A DNA stretch of 63,208 nt, filler included, from Diploschistes diacapsis (lineage: Eukaryota), in assembly GCA_023645945.1 (NCBI GenBank). It is 17 parts of 17 records of this genome, joined end to end, with 100 filler letters (N's around TTAATTAATTAA, not from the genome) between each part and the next. Parts side by side here need not be neighbours in the genome. Positions count along the whole stretch, not along the records: positions 60,927 to 63,208 come from JALAIB010002284.1; 16 more parts are not named here. One strand, written 5' to 3'. Made by a program: the position numbers and the translations under genes. Under the pieces are notes generated by a model. The model was not told where the DNA came from. It saw only the letters and a list, made by a program, of their open reading frames with translations, and did no database searches. This document shows, piece by piece, positions 60,927 to 63,208 of the stretch. Every line of letters starts with the position of its first letter. The first letter of the stretch is position 1.

Positions 60927-63208
60927 TTCTTGAACCCTATGGCTCCGCATATAGCCCTTAAATGTCGAAAATAAAGAGAACGCTCGCGACATTTAGAAAT
61001 AAAGTCTTTATATTATTACAGAACTTCCTTCTAAGTAAGATACTTTTAGTTTAAGATAATATATAATTTCTCCTCTTACTTACAACCGTAGTTCTATATT
61101 TCTAAATTAACGAGGGCCATCCGTCTGGCTTTCATAATAACTCGTATAGGCGTGATAGATAAAAAAAGATTATCGAAAATAATAATTCTAATGCTTTCTC
61201 GATCATAGGATCCTAAGATCCCCTATTTAAGCTCGATGATTATAGGATCTGTTAACTTAGCGTTTTCGTTAAATACCGAGGAATCTCTAATTGCTAACAA
61301 AGAGAGCTGTCTGTTAGGAATTATCGATCTACGCGCTTCATCTTTTTTTATAAGTAGGTTAAGGTCGACCGGGATGATTAAATCCGGTACAATATTTAAT
61401 TAAACACGCCATAAATTTATATCAGAAGTCGCTAATTTATTTATTATAAAAATAGATTATTCCGTTATTATTATAATATCTTTATCTAGCGGATCTAGAG
61501 TGTCTTTAATATATTTAATCGTTTTCTATACATTCGAAACTAATAATATTCGAGTTTTATATATCTTTATTACAGTTCTTTTAAGGCGAGAGGTTATTAT
61601 ATTAATCAGAAGTTTCTAAACTAATTTAATATATTTATTTATTAATGTAATAAAGATATTTATTATCTTTATATAGACCTCGAAAGATCCGTGTATGTTT
61701 TTAAAATAAATAAATCTTATAAGCTGCTTTTTTTATAGCTTATTTATTCTTTCAATGGCGTTACCGATGCGTAATAATTTTTGTTTATAGTTTCGTGTAA
61801 GTTCCTTTGCCGATTTTTATTCTTCCTCGTATGCGACTTCTGAGACACTCGCCGTAATATATGAATTCTTTTTTTTAATTTTTTTAATTAGTTGTCCGAG
61901 GTAATCTGCCGTTAAATAAATCGTTACCTCGATTTTAATTTTAGCTTTATAAATCAAAGGGTATTTATCTTTTAACGGCTGTTTCTTTATATAGTTAAAG
62001 AAATTTTTTATGATATTGAAGTTGCTTCTATCTGCCAGTATTATTGGTATTTGATAATTATTCGATTGTATATGGTTTTTTAATAGCGCGAGGGGTTAAG
62101 GAATCGGTAAAAAAGGTGTATTATTAGTCATACTAGATCTTTCTAAAGGTGATTAGGAGAGCAAGTTAATAGGTTTTGTAATTTAAAGTTAGGTTTCTTA
62201 ATGACCGATCTGTGTTTACTGTTAAAGATAGTTCGTATGGTCTGATTTAAACAATTTAATTATTAAATTAAATTTGATTATTAGAAGTGTTTTTTGCTAA
62301 TGGATTTCAACTGTCAAACTATATCCTAATATCCGTTAAGCAAGATCTTATAGCACGTAAGTGAATCAGAAGCTCGAGATACCGCAAAAGGTTAAATAAA
62401 ATCTTAATATAAAGCAAGATTCTTAAGGAATATTAAATAAGATATTAAAGCATAAGTATTGATTAAAGCAAAATAAGCATATAAAATCATAAAATTTTGT
62501 GACGCAGAATGAAAAATATTTATAAAGAAAATTTCTAATATTTCTAAATTTATAAAGGGTTTATTAAGAATTTAACTAGATCTTTCCCTCTCCTTTACCA
62601 TTAAAAGGTCTTATCTTTTATATTATTACCGCGAAGTCCTTTCTTATAGGTATGTACTTTCTTAAGACATTTGGGGGAATTTTATTTTTAGGATCCTCAT
62701 TAATATATCCTTCCGACACTTCTTTTACAAATCTATTTTCATCCTTTTCGACCGTCGCTCCAGAATTGGGCACTATTATATCTTCCCTAGGATCAACAAC
62801 AAAGGCCTTCAGCCTTTTATTTGTAAAGGTTCCAGCGAGGTTAGTTTTATCTAGTTCCGTAAGTTTAAAAACTGATTTCGTTTGGTTTATATAAGTGATT
62901 CGGTAAGAACCGAGTTACTAAAAATTTAATTTTCGAGATACGGAATAGTTTTCTTAATATTTATTATTATAAAATAGTACAAGATCTCTAATATGAAAGA
63001 AATAAACCTTCGTATAAATACTTTTATAACGTGAATCGATTATTTGGTCTTTCCGACGTTTTATTTTAATAGAAATTTCTTTTATATCTTTATCTCGGCT
63101 TTCTAGTTGTTTTATTCTTGCCGCTAAAAGATCGGTACGGTTATAAATATCATTTTATAATAGTATCGTCCACGTAATACCTTCCGTTTCGATTAATAGG
63201 ACATATTC
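60927..63208 (-). mobile_element. RIP-mutated gypsy-type element: integrase C-terminus (~62620-63208) and long downstream region
   Basis: LGSYRITYINQTKSVFKLTELDKTNLAGTFTNKRLKAF resembles the GPY/F integrase tail. Confidence 0.6.

Noticed and set aside
27363..63208. Apparent alternation of genes and transposons, e.g. Starship cargo around the DUF3435 relic or a terpene cluster around GGPPS
   Set aside because: These are separate contigs; adjacency is an artefact. GGPPS sits next to a housekeeping gene.

Overview
Draft-assembly window from a filamentous ascomycete (Pezizomycotina). It is 17 separate contigs joined by an artificial 100-nt linker (N44-TTAATTAATTAA-N44), so adjacency across linkers has no biological meaning. 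One 25-kb gene-dense contig (2404-27362) carries an AFG1-type ATPase, a decayed secreted repeat-protein gene, CCT8, a divergent type III PKS / cytochrome P450 pair, an F-box/WD40 protein, a GH2 beta-mannosidase, ARG3, a DUF3712-like membrane protein and ILV6. Five ~2.3-kb contigs hold further genes (GGPP synthase, SIN-type Cdc14, a hypothetical, ECM31, ER FKBP, cytochrome-b5 IRC21-like, TVP38). The remaining ~2.3-kb contigs are AT-rich, RIP-mutated, nested transposons (gypsy, copia, Tad-like LINE, hAT-like MITE, and a DUF3435 tyrosine-recombinase relic). Most notable: (1) a RIP-masked antisense ORF with Zn2Cys6-like spacing inside two gypsy copies; (2) a Starship-captain-like DUF3435 relic; (3) a pseudogenised secreted precursor with two identically spaced 4-Cys modules behind Kex2/Ste13-like sites; (4) the two-gene T3PKS-P450 unit. 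All family assignments are from motif recognition by eye; no searches were run.
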